64,000 nucleotides of DNA, from assembly GCF_001194135.2 (NCBI RefSeq), contig NC_068986.1, positions 81,341,485 to 81,405,484 on the forward strand, in the 5' to 3' direction. The position numbers and the translations under genes were made by a program. Positions within the stretch are counted from its first letter, which is position 1. Every line of letters starts with the position of its first letter. Below the pieces are notes generated by a model. It saw nothing but the letters and a program-made list of their open reading frames with translations, ran no database searches and was not told where the DNA came from. This DNA is from Octopus bimaculoides. Taxonomy: Eukaryota. Shown here in pieces: positions 52,901 to 64,000 of this stretch.

Positions 52901-55900
52901 GACCGCACTAGCAGGAAGAAACTGAGTAAGACCTGGTTAGAGTACAGTGACAGCACCTCTGATCTTCCACGATGTTTGTTTACCAAAATCTGAGTAATAT
53001 ATGGTATCAAACCCAAGGTTGTGATCGGAGACACTTGTCCAAAATGTGATGCACTAGAGTTGAACCTGAAATCACAATCACAGCAAACTTAACCTGGCCA
53101 AGTTTAAAAAGAGATTGCGGTCTTATCTTGACTGACAAATGTTAAAGAGAGGATTTGTATATGTGAGAGGGCCATTGTAAGAGGTTATTACACAAATATT
53201 CAACACTAGACTGATGACTTCCTCAACCACAAAATATCTCAGCTAATTGTCAGTATTGCCATATTTATTCCCCTTTGCAATGTGTAGCCCAATTTACACT
53301 AAATCCTAGAATTACAATAAAGGAAGCCCAGCTTTAATCTTAACTCAGAAAAATAACTTAACTTTGGCAATAATATATCCAATTTATTGAAGGCAAATTT
53401 ATCAAAGTAGGACACCCTGCTCACTGTAGTACAGTTGTATATGATCAACCTTGTTTCCCTTACAATTATGTCTTTATTGCCTACAGGGGGACAAACAAGG
53501 ACAGACAAAGGGATTAAGTCGATTACATCGACCCCAGTTGGTAACTGGTACTTAATTTATTGACCCTGAAAGGCAAATTCTTTTTTATGTTCAAATCAGC
53601 CAGATCTGGCCTCTCACACATACAATACGTAACTCTAAAATTAAACAATCATATCAAAATCTTGAAGCTATGAGATAATACATAATTAATTCAAAATAAT
53701 GTGAATAAATAAGCATTGCATTCGACAGAGTAATCTGAATGTTAAAAGATAAACAGAGTTAGTAACATTGTCATTTCAAACATTTAAAGTAGATCACAGT
53801 TGCCTTAAATTTACCTCTAATTAATACATTTAAATGAAGTGGATGGGATTAAGATATAGTACAAGTAAACCCCAAAACAGGCTGCAGTAACAAATCCAAG
53901 CTAATGAGAAAAACGACATCAGTTTAATTGGCCAATATCTTTAATCAAAGATGGACTTCAATTAGAAGTGTTATGAAAGTAGTAATGATATGAAAAACAA
54001 TTAAAATGGTGAAATGGTTGTCAATGAGTTCCTGTAATAGAGAAATATGCATATTCCTACATCCAAGCATGACCCTCCATGAGCACACAATTACATAAAA
54101 CTGAAATTCAATACTGTTGACAGTTTGACTGAAAATAAATCAGGGGACTAAGATTCAAGATGAATGAAAAAGGCAACTAAAGGGCCTAATTTGCAAGACA
54201 ACAAAGAGTCAACATAGTCATGCAAATACTAGATATAATAGCCAAAATTTCCCTCAAAGCCCAGTCTAACATTAGAATTGTCTGGATACATTATGTCTGA
54301 GAAGCACTGTCATTGCAGTTAGAACAATTTTGGTCTTCAGGTCTGCTCAGTAAGAAATAACTTGGCACTAAAATACAACAGTAATTCAAAAGATCAGAAG
54401 AATTAGACTTGATTTATAAACACTGAAAAAGTAAATGGTTTTGGATGATGGAAACTGAAAGAAGCTTGTCGTGTGTGTTTGTCTTGAAATTGTGATTGTA
54501 AATGAGCATCACTGTCAGACAGGTGATGTTGTTCACTTCCTATCATCCATGAGAAACATATCTGGTCAAGGGGAAATATTACCTTGGTTAGAAACAAGTA
54601 AAGGTTGGACACAGAAAGGGTATCCAACCCAAGAAAATCTGACTCAACAAATTCAGTCTGATCCATTTCAGACATTTCTTAACATTTAATGTTAAGAAAT
54701 GTTTGAAATGAGTTGATCTTAATGCAATTATAATTTTTCAGATCATTAATACCATTGTTAGAGACAAAAATGTTAACATTTACATTACATTTTTATTTCC
54801 AATATAATCACAGGTGTCTTATTCCTGAGATGTTTACATTGTACCACACTGGAACTCAATTGGACACTGTTTTCTAAACTAAGTGTTATATCGATCTTTC
54901 CCACTAGTTAACTGACATACAATTAATGTTACAATTTTAGGTTGTTTATATCTAAAAGTAGCTGTACTGAGCTAGTGTCTAACTATGGTATTAATAGTCC
55001 AAATTTTCAGTAACCAAGTACTTTATTTCATGTCAGGTTTAGAAACTAAATTTTATAGATCTAACTATTTCCATCTTACAGACATAGGTCACAAATCCTT
55101 GAATGAGAAGAAATCTTAACAAACTTATTTATTTCATATCAATTGTTAGTTAAGCTTTGATTGAACAACAAATACATGTTGACATATACATGGAAACGTA
55201 CAGATATGTGTGTGAAAGATACAAAGTGTATGAGTAACAGTAGACACATACATGTGACATGTAAGGAGTAGATGCGATAGAAGACATATAAAAGGTGTAC
55301 AGGTGACAGCAGATAAACTGATGACACGTGAGCGTATATCTCATTGCTGATACCTCAACATTCCGTTTAAATGGAAACTCATTCACCATTCAAGCCCAGA
55401 TAGCCAAATTAACAAACAAATTTAATTTTTCATGGTAAACTACAAATAATTTGACTTAATACTCAGACATTGTCAGCATTAAATATCAGATCACAAGATA
55501 CAAGAAGGGTACAAACTATATCACATGAAGACATGGATAATTACTGGAAAGGGCTTTGTTTATCAGATCATGGGAATATTATGTAATATTTGACAATGAC
55601 CTTGAGAAAAAACAGACTTCATTAAAATCTGTTTCCTCATCAATAGGATTTTACGTCAACTTTCACTGTAAGCATGAACTGGATGTGTCACCAGTCAGAG
55701 TCAGCACATATTTGGAGGTACTACTCACTAAATGGATTAGAGGACTACATCTCACTTGTCTCATTTTTGGCATGATTTCTATAATTGTATGCTCTTCCTA
55801 ACACCAACCACTTAGTTTGTACTTAAGTGTGTTTTTCATAACATGAGCATGAGAGAAACCATCACCTTCTCAAACAGACTGAAAGGTCCTCACAACCCCA

Positions 55901-56620
55901 TATTTTACAGATTACAGAGTGCGTCTTATCAAAGTACCAACATAAGGGAGGTAACCGTATTGCTGACAAGAGGGCCTTTCAACCTCACATTACTGTTCGC
56001 TTACAAACTGCTAAAGACATAAATGATAGAGGTAAGTGATAAAAGAGATGATAGACAGGAGTACTCAGTATTTTGAGGCATGAATCAACATGACTAAAAA
56101 CAATGACTGAAAGTAATGTAATCCAGGAGACAGAGGAATAGCCAAAGCATAATTGAAATTGAGCAAGAGTATAACAATGAATGAAGTAGTGACTGGCAAT
56201 ACAGGAGTGGTGGGTGAAGGTAAGGTGTAGTGGGCACAATAGGTCCAATGTTGTCTCTCAAACACAGATCTTAAGATGGGTAAGTGAGGTCAAGCAATAA
56301 AGGGGGTACCAGGGGAGTACAAAGGAGGTGAGTCTGGTAAAAACAGATAGCACGAATGATAGAGATGACAGGAAAGTAACAGGCAGATAAAGGGGTATGT
56401 AAGTATGAGGAGACAGCAGATTCTAACACTTAGAATTGCAACTCCCATAAAACAGACTAAAAAAAAGACTGTCAACTTCTTATGTCCAAAGCAGATTATT
56501 AAAATATTAGCAAACACACCCTTATTGATAGATACTTTCTAATGATTCAATTTTATGAAATTTACTATAAAACATTCAATAACATGTATGATGTAAAATG
56601 CTGGAAAAAAGTTTGTTTAC

Positions 56621-57440
56621 CTCAATATATATATAAAAGTAAAAGCAGAAAAAATTACATGAAAACATCACACAAGATAGACATCCATAATCATCATCAT
56701 CATCGTCGTTTAACGTCCGCTTTCCATGCTAGCATGGGTTGGACGATTTGACTGAGGACTGGTGAAACCAGATGGCTACACCAGGCTCCAATCTGATTTG
56801 GCAGAGTTTCTACAGCTGGATGCCCTTCCTAACGCCAACCACTCAGAGTGTAGTGGGTGCTTATAATATAAATAATATTGTACTAATAGATAAATATATA
56901 AAGTATGATTATGTAAAAGGTTTGAGATATCTTACAATTTGTAGCAATACACATCTATACCAGTAACTTTTTAAACAACATCTTTATCATACAATTTTAA
57001 ATAGCATCTCTCTCATTCAATTGACTACATGAAAAGTCATCCTTTTCACTGACGAGTGGATGTATTACCTAATAATGATTATCAATTTTGGATTTCATTT
57101 TGAAGGGCAATACATTCATTAAACAATTGTAAGATATCTCAAACCTTTTGAATAATCATACTTTATATATTTATCTAATAACACAATATTCATTTCTACT
57201 CTAGGCACATGGCCTGAAATTTGGGGGTAAGGGGCCAGTCGATTAGATTGACCCTAGCATGAAACTGGCACTTAATTTATTGACCCCAAAAGGATGAAAG
57301 GCAAAGTTGAGCTCAGTGGAATTTGAATTCAGAATGTAAAGACAGACAAAATTACTGCCAGCTCACCACCTTTCTTATGGACGTATATCTTCTGTGATTT
57401 TTTGATGTAATTTTTCCTGTTTTTACTTTATAATATATAA
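56621..57440. repeat. Old foldback/MITE-like inverted repeat with a SINE in each arm
   Basis: 56621-56690 pairs with 57375-57440, and 56873-56938 pairs with 57124-57190. Confidence 0.7.
56691..56862 (-). mobile_element. 5'-truncated young (GAT)n-tailed SINE, ATAAT flanking duplication
   Basis: Same family; ataat present on both sides. Confidence 0.8.
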
Positions 57441-57519
57441 TCGTTCGAATTAAATCTCTAAATACCTTTAGAGCACTTATTCAAAATTCAGTAGTGTGTT
57501 CTCATTGAATATATTTGAT

Positions 57520-57559
<40 letters not shown>

Positions 57560-57562
<3 letters not shown>

Positions 57563-57861
57563 TGGCCTTGTAGGGTTTTCGAGCGAGATCGTTGCCAGTG
57601 CCCCTGGACTGGTTCTTGTGCGGGTGGCATATAAAAGACACCATTTCGAGCTTGACTGTTTTCATGCGGGTGACACGTAAAAGCACCCACTACACTCTCT
57701 GAGTGGTTGGCGTTAGGAAGGGCATCCGGCTGTAGAAACTCTGCCAAATTAGATTGGAGCCTGGTGTTGCCATCCGGTTTCACCAGTCCTCAGTCAAATC
57801 GTCCAACCCATGCTAGCATGGAAAGCGGACGTTAAACGATGATGATGATGATGATGATGAT
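57560..57861 (+). mobile_element. Young (GAT)n-tailed SINE copy
   Basis: Same family; inverted relative to 56691-56862. Confidence 0.85.
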
Positions 57862-58380
57862 AGTTAAACAAATATATTCAATATATATACACACACACAC
57901 ACATATTATTTATTAAAATGTAATGCAAACAATAAAAAAATGGCAATAAAAAGCAGTATAAAAGTTTATACAACAAAAGAAAAATCTTAATGACAAAAAG
58001 TAAATTTTTAACTAGAAATCTATTTCTAGTTAATCAGAAATTAGATGTGTGATATGGTTCTAAACAATCTATAGGTAAATCTATCTCGCTAGTTTTAGAC
58101 ATATTTACTTTTAAGCATCAGGAAAATAAGGCGTGTGGTATGGTTGTAAACAATCTATACATAAGATTATCTGCTAGTTCACATTATATTTACTCACCTT
58201 GCAATACTGTCTTAAACACTGTTTTCCATAACTGGTCAGTAGGTTTAAAAATTTTATTACTAGCTTATTTCTATCTAATTTTTGTTCTAATACATAAAAC
58301 TTAATGATATTTATATAGCATGGTATCAATCAATCTCTTCCTTTGTAATTTCTAATAACATTAAAAATATTAATGTTTCT

Positions 58381-58635
58381 TACATTATTTACATTTGACG
58401 GATATTTGTCCTCATCTTGTTTGTTGTTAACACAACGTTTCGGCTGATATACCCTCCAGCCTCCGTCAGGTGTTTTGGGGAAATTTCGAACCTGGGTTCT
58501 CATTCCTAACGATGTTACTATTATTATATTATTATTATTATTATTATTATTAATCAGGTCGCTGCCGTGAATCGAACTCGGAATCTTGAGGTTAGTAGCC
58601 AGTGCTCTTAACCACTACGCCATATGCCCGTGGGC
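58381..58635 (-). mobile_element. tRNA-headed SINE with (TAA)n tract and a hammerhead-like 3' module
   Basis: A-box TGGCGTAGTGG (58622-58612), B-box GAGTTCGATTC (58579-58569), (TAA)n at about 58519-58552, then the fold at 58474-58429. Confidence 0.8.
58429..58474 (-). ncRNA. Minimal type I hammerhead ribozyme-like motif (variant core)
   Basis: AACAC-CUGACGGA-GGCUG(GAGGGUAUAU)CAGCC-GAAAC-GUU-GUGUU. Stem I is 5 bp, stem II is 5 bp, and the stem III region is palindromic (ACGU). Confidence 0.65.
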
Positions 58636-59238
58636 AATTATGGAGTGAATTTTAGGGCTTATAAATCTATTATTTTTCTATCCTTCCTCAATACCGGTTC
58701 CCATATGCTATTCATATCTGCATATGATAAATTGTGACAATTTATCAACATTGAAACCAATATGGATGAACAACATTTTAGAAACTGTAGCAAGGAAGCT
58801 ATGATTAGTTACAACATCAGGACACAGAATGAATAGATAGCTTAAATAGAATAGAGAAAAACCATTATGTTTCAAATGACAAATTTAATCCTGTACAGAT
58901 TTATTCAACAAAAAATATATTTACAATAAATTAGAAATAAAGAGAGAAAAAGAGAGAGAAAGAGAGAGTAACAGAAAGAAAAATAAAGAAAGAGAGAAGA
59001 CAGAGAAATAGAAAAGAAAGAGGGAGGGGAAAGGAGGAAAACATGATCCTTCCAAGACTGAATCACCCAAATAGCTGTGGGTTTTCAAGGGGCCTATTAG
59101 CAGCTTGGCTAGCTAACAAAAAATCTGTCCCTGAGTAGCTGGTAGTTACCTACCCGTCACATATCTTTACGTAGATGTTTATAACACTGATGTGTTGGTC
59201 TATCCGTTGCCTGAGACTGCTTCATACTGCTTAGATGT

Positions 59239-59277
<39 letters not shown>

Positions 59278-59354
59278 GTGTGTGTTGATGTGTGAACCTG
59301 CTTCACATTGTCTAGTTGTCAAGTACATAGACAAGTCCAGTGTAAAGATGATTC

Positions 59355-60030
59355 TGTCGCCTGGATCCAACTTCACATTTCACAGTTGTTACATGTATAT
59401 ATATAGAGACCATTCTTTATATTGATGATTGTTGCCTGGAGTCAGCTTCATATTTCATAGTTGTTACATATATAGACCACTATATAGCGACGTACCTGAT
59501 GCCTGGAATCAACTTCATGTTATATAATTGTTACACATTTAGGCCGCTATATAGTGATGTATCTGTTGCCTGGAGTCAACTTCATGCTTCTTGTTGATAT
59601 ATAGTGACGTACCTGTTGCCTAGAGTTAGCTTCATGTTTCGTAATTGTTACATACATTGATCACTATATAGTGATGGACCTGTTGTCTGGAATCAGCTTC
59701 ATGTTTTGTGGTTGTTTCATATATACACTTCACTATATAGTGACATATCTGTTGCCTGGAATCAACTTCATGTTTTGTAGTTATTACATAAGTTACTATA
59801 TAGTGACATACCTGTTGTCTGGAGTCAGCTTCATGTTTTGTAGTTGTTACATATATAGGCCACTATATAGTGACGTGTCTGTTATCTGGAGTCAGCTTCA
59901 TGTTTTGTAGTTGTTACATATATAGGCCACTATATAGTGACGTATCTGTTATCTGGAGTCAGCTTCATGTTTTATAGTTGTTACCCATATAGGCCACTAT
60001 ATATTGACATACCTGTTGCCTGCACTCAGT
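59355..60030. repeat. Minisatellite, about 67-bp unit, about 10 copies
   Basis: GGAGTC anchors at 59821, 59888 and 59955. Unit is ctggagtcagcttcatgttttgtagttgttacatatataggccactatatagtgacgtatctgttat. Confidence 0.93.
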
Positions 60031-60689
60031 TTCCCTTCTTGCTACTGTGATAAATTGACATCATGATTGTTATAAAGTGATTATATTTGCTGGGGAGATT
60101 TGGTAACGAGGTAGAAACTCTAACCCTCAGAATGACGATGTGAGTAGTAAATATTTTTATATCATACTCTATAATTATTATAGAGTAATTATGTCCAAAT
60201 TTTTTATATTTTCAAGAAAAAAAAATACAGTCCTGAAACAAGATTGAATCTTACTGGGTTTCTTTTAAAGACAGCTGAGAGAAGTTAAACATAGATGTAG
60301 CTTCTTCATCTTGTTCTTGCAGAAATTGCTGGAATCTGTAGAGATTTCATGGACATTTCAGCCAATATTCAGCTTTTCCTGTCAACTCGTGAAAGAATGG
60401 ATATAAAATCTTCCACCATAAACAGATGCTTTCCTCCTTCAAATTTCAGGAACAAAAGGAAAATTCCCAGAAAAGGTTGTTAGAAATGTTTTTGTTTTGT
60501 TTTGTTTTGTTTTTGTTTTTTTGTGTTTTTTTTGTTTGTTTTTTTTTTTTCAAAGTCCAACTTGGAGATATGGTTTTTATCTGCTTTGAAAAAAAAATTA
60601 GAAATCTTTGGGAATTATTGAACACATAACAATTTAAATTTTCATTTTAGAACTTTTCCAATGAAATGCTCAACAATGAGGTTTAGTAA

Positions 60690-60816
60690 ATGTATGAAAT
60701 ATACATAAACACTTATATATGTATATATATATATATATGTATGTATATACATATGTATGAATATACATACACACATGCATACACTCATTCATGCACATAT
60801 ATATATGTTGATATAA

Positions 60817-60868
<52 letters not shown>

Positions 60869-60900
60869 ACACAGTCTCACACATGTACACATAGACAAAT
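60690..60900. repeat. (TA)n/(CA)n compound microsatellite (others at about 13610, 13830, 14120-14250, 17750, 29410, 31990, 57520)
   Basis: Directly visible. Confidence 0.95.
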
Positions 60901-61134
60901 GCACATATATAATGTATAAAGTATGATTAAATGGTGAAGTTGTTGACTACAAACAACAACACTTTCCCCACCTCCCCAGACATCTGTTGTATAAAGCTGA
61001 CTCAGTAAGAGACTAATGACCAACATATGGCAACTAAAACAACATGAAGGAGTTTGCTAAGTAAAAACCTGCAACTGAAAGGGAAATCTGTCGACATGGA
61101 GAATTGGTTTAAAAAGTGAAGCTGCTGCTACCAA

Positions 61135-63984
61135 CTATAATGCCTGCACAGCTGCCATACTCTGCTTGCAATCCACCTTGGTAGAGTCATCATTTAGTAC
61201 CACATTCTTGTCCGCAAGGAACTGTATACAGTCATCTCGGTTAGAAAATGACAATTCATTCTGGATGTAAGTTATCAGCAGCATAGGACGAAAACTATTA
61301 CATTTTGTATTGTGGTTTGGAGAGTAGGGTAAACGGACAGGCCAGCAGGGATGAAAAAGAAGAAAACATAAAAAGTTAGCACAATAAGTCACACAATTAT
61401 TATCAATTACAGAGTTGAAAATATGAAGAGTGGGGAGGGAAACTGTTTTACTTACCTGACAGAGAAATGGAGAAATTATAATAATAATGATGAGATTTTA
61501 GACAGGACAACATTACTATGACCCCCATGGAACACATTATACTCACCCTGCATCATTAACTTACCTCAACACTACTTGGTTTCCATATAACAGTTTAAAA
61601 GTTACTTTTGGAATGAATGGACACAAAATGTTTTAAAACTATTAAGACTTGGATTTTGACACCAAAATTGATTCTGTATCAGTTTTTGATAAAATACTTA
61701 TTAATAAGAAAATATTGATATAATTGTAACAGAAAATACCTTAAAAAAAACAAAAAAACTTATTTTGTTGGCTCCTATAAGTTTCTAATTGTCATAATGG
61801 CGTAATCTCATCACACATCTCTCATTCATCAATAATCAGTACTGTAATATTACCTATGGCATCTAAACTCAATCTCTTTCAAATCCAGAAATCCATTGAC
61901 TTTTTCTCAAAATATTATCTACCTTCTGTACCAAACACACAACACAATAATTCACCAAATATCTCTCCATTTACAATCTACAATATTTACATTTATTTAA
62001 TAATATAAGAATATCAAGAAGACATTCAATAAATTATTCTAAAATGATACATTTTATATACACGCACACAAGTGGGAGTTGAATATATATACATGTCACA
62101 GAATTTACCTAATCTTTGATATATTACAACTAAGCAGATATTAGAGTAACTAACTTTACACATTTAAAACTTCCTGCCAAGCACAACAGTTAATCATTAG
62201 GTTGACAATTATTATTTAAGACACAGGCATCATAATAAACCACTTGAAATATATAACAATATAGGATATAAAGATAGAATGTTTCACAGAATTACAGATT
62301 AAATAAAATAAGAAACATAATTGGGTAACTTTAACTAAATGATTTAATTAAGTTTTTCAATAATTAATGAGTCCTAAATATTAGGATGAATAATAATCTT
62401 AAATGGCAAATTTTTCCACTGTAATAATTTAAATTACATACAAAAATGCATTTAATTAAAACTATAAATTTTATAAATATATAATGTATGTATAATCATA
62501 CAAACAAGCAATTCTTTAAAGACTCTTTGGTTTGTATAAAATACCCAAAATATTAAGAACCAATCAAAACATTTATTGAGTATGCAGCAAGAGAAGAAGA
62601 AATAAAGACAAAGCATGAAAAGCTTGTCGGATACATACGATTTCACAATAGTTTTTAACGCTGATATTCTAACTCTGTCCACGAACCAATCCATAAGATA
62701 ACCAGACATTTTCGGTGCACACCGGTAGAGCTTAAAAAACCTATGATAATTATTAAGTGCCCAAGCAGATCTCACATTTAATGCATGAGAGACACACTCA
62801 TCTTTTCTATGATTTGATTTGAGAGTTGCCAATGCAGTTGTTAAATCTTTAAAAGATGGTTAAGAAAAAACATTTTGGAGAGAAAATATTTCAGTTTAGC
62901 AAACAAAGCTCAGGTTATTATATTTTTGACAAAGCTGTACGAATACAATCCACTAACAGACTATTTTTAAATATTTAAAAATATTTTTAGTATTTTATGG
63001 CTATATACCATTAGTGTTGATAAACCCATACCTGTTATTTTAAGAAAGCCATATTTTATTTCACTGGTCTTCAAAACTGCAGTGACAAATGTAGCCATGA
63101 AATGTCAACATTCATACACAAAAACATAGACATATATGACAGGCTTCTGTACAGATTCTATCTACCAATTCCAATGATAAGTATTGGTCAACTCAAAGCT
63201 AAAATTGAAGGCACTTACCCTGAACCTGAAACCTTGTGGTTGCAAAGCAGACTTAACCACTACAATTCATAAAGCACGTAAGAGATCTGATGAAACTTCA
63301 ATTGTTTGAAGTTTATTGAACAGTGGAAACAAAGTGAAGTTTGTCGCATCTAAATCACCAATTTAAACATCAACCATAAAGGAGGAGTGATAGCAACGTT
63401 GCTATTAACAGACAGTTGGCCACTAGTACTGTTCCTTCAGAACCATTCAAACCAATCAAGCAGCTTCTTGTAAGTGATTGTTCAACCTGCTAGAAATCCC
63501 TTAAAATCACATTTTACCATCTTGAACCCAACCGATAATATAGTTCAAGATAAACTATGTCTAAATAAGAAACAGAATGGCCACAGCTGCAACACCTCTG
63601 ACCAGAGATCTGCTAGATCAGGACTAATTCAGGGATAAACAATTGCATCTGCAGTATGCAATTGATTGAGTGGGAGATAGTAACTGAGTTGGGGGGAGAA
63701 GGCTGGAGGGAAGGAAACAAAATAAAAAACATGTTACATAATATGTAACATATTAAACATATACAATCAGCTGTTTGAGCCTGTGATTGGTAGCAATTAA
63801 ATGTTTTAGTAAATCTCAGTTTTACAAAATAAACTGAAAGGCAATGAAGGATACCCAATGTGTTTGATGTAAATATGTAGTAAAGTATTCTGTAAGCTGT
63901 AAATTCCGCAACATTTCCATGGTGTCCTTCATGGTAGAGTAGCTTCAATTGGGTCTGACACTGGTTAAATTCTTCATGGTCTCC
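61135..63984 (-). CDS. LENG8: LENG8 (SAC3/GANP/Thp3 family, PCI domain), last three coding exons; gene continues beyond the window
   Basis: Exons 63984-63855 ([17 protein letters not shown]...[17 protein letters not shown]), 62846-62639 (DLTTALA...VSHAL...[14 protein letters not shown]...[12 protein letters not shown]...ALKTIVKS) and 61294-61135 (FRP...ELSF...DCKQS...AL*). GT-AG, phases 1 and 2 consistent. These peptides match LENG8 as recalled. Confidence 0.93.
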
Positions 63985-64000
63985 CTGAAGAGATTAATTA

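Noticed and set aside
57030-57062. GAAA..GTC..CTGACGA as a type II hammerhead
   Set aside because: Stems I and III cannot pair and stem II is weak; likely chance.
58552-58635. tRNA gene
   Set aside because: A and B boxes are present but there is no complete cloverleaf or acceptor stem; it is a SINE head. The same applies to 2091 and about 30180.
59355-60030. CRISPR-like appearance of palindromic repeats
   Set aside because: Whole units repeat with no unique spacers, there are no cas genes, and the context is eukaryotic.

Overview
AT-rich, repeat-dense animal genomic DNA with two N-gaps. The SINE, MITE and microsatellite complement looks like Octopus (inference). Two protein-coding genes converge. 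(1) On the + strand is a 14-exon gene (ATG 12596 to TGA 49754, 4275 nt CDS, 1424 aa) assembled by hand from GT-AG sites with every intron phase consistent. It encodes a domesticated Ginger/GIN1-type (Gypsy-like) integrase. It has three N-terminal YPYY+H2C2 modules, each split by a phase-1 intron at the same Gly, one catalytically degenerate rve core, an AT-hook, an acidic spacer and six C2H2 zinc fingers. (2) On the - strand are the last three coding exons of LENG8 (SAC3/GANP family). Its terminal intron holds a cluster of three near-perfect 5' splice sites and a candidate poison exon. The rest is two mariner relics, RTE and other LINE relics, several SINE families, MITEs, a tRNA-headed SINE carrying a minimal hammerhead ribozyme fold, a 67-bp palindrome-bearing minisatellite and microsatellites. 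The main candidate novel system is the integrase-zinc-finger fusion gene. All alignments were done by eye and no database searches were run.
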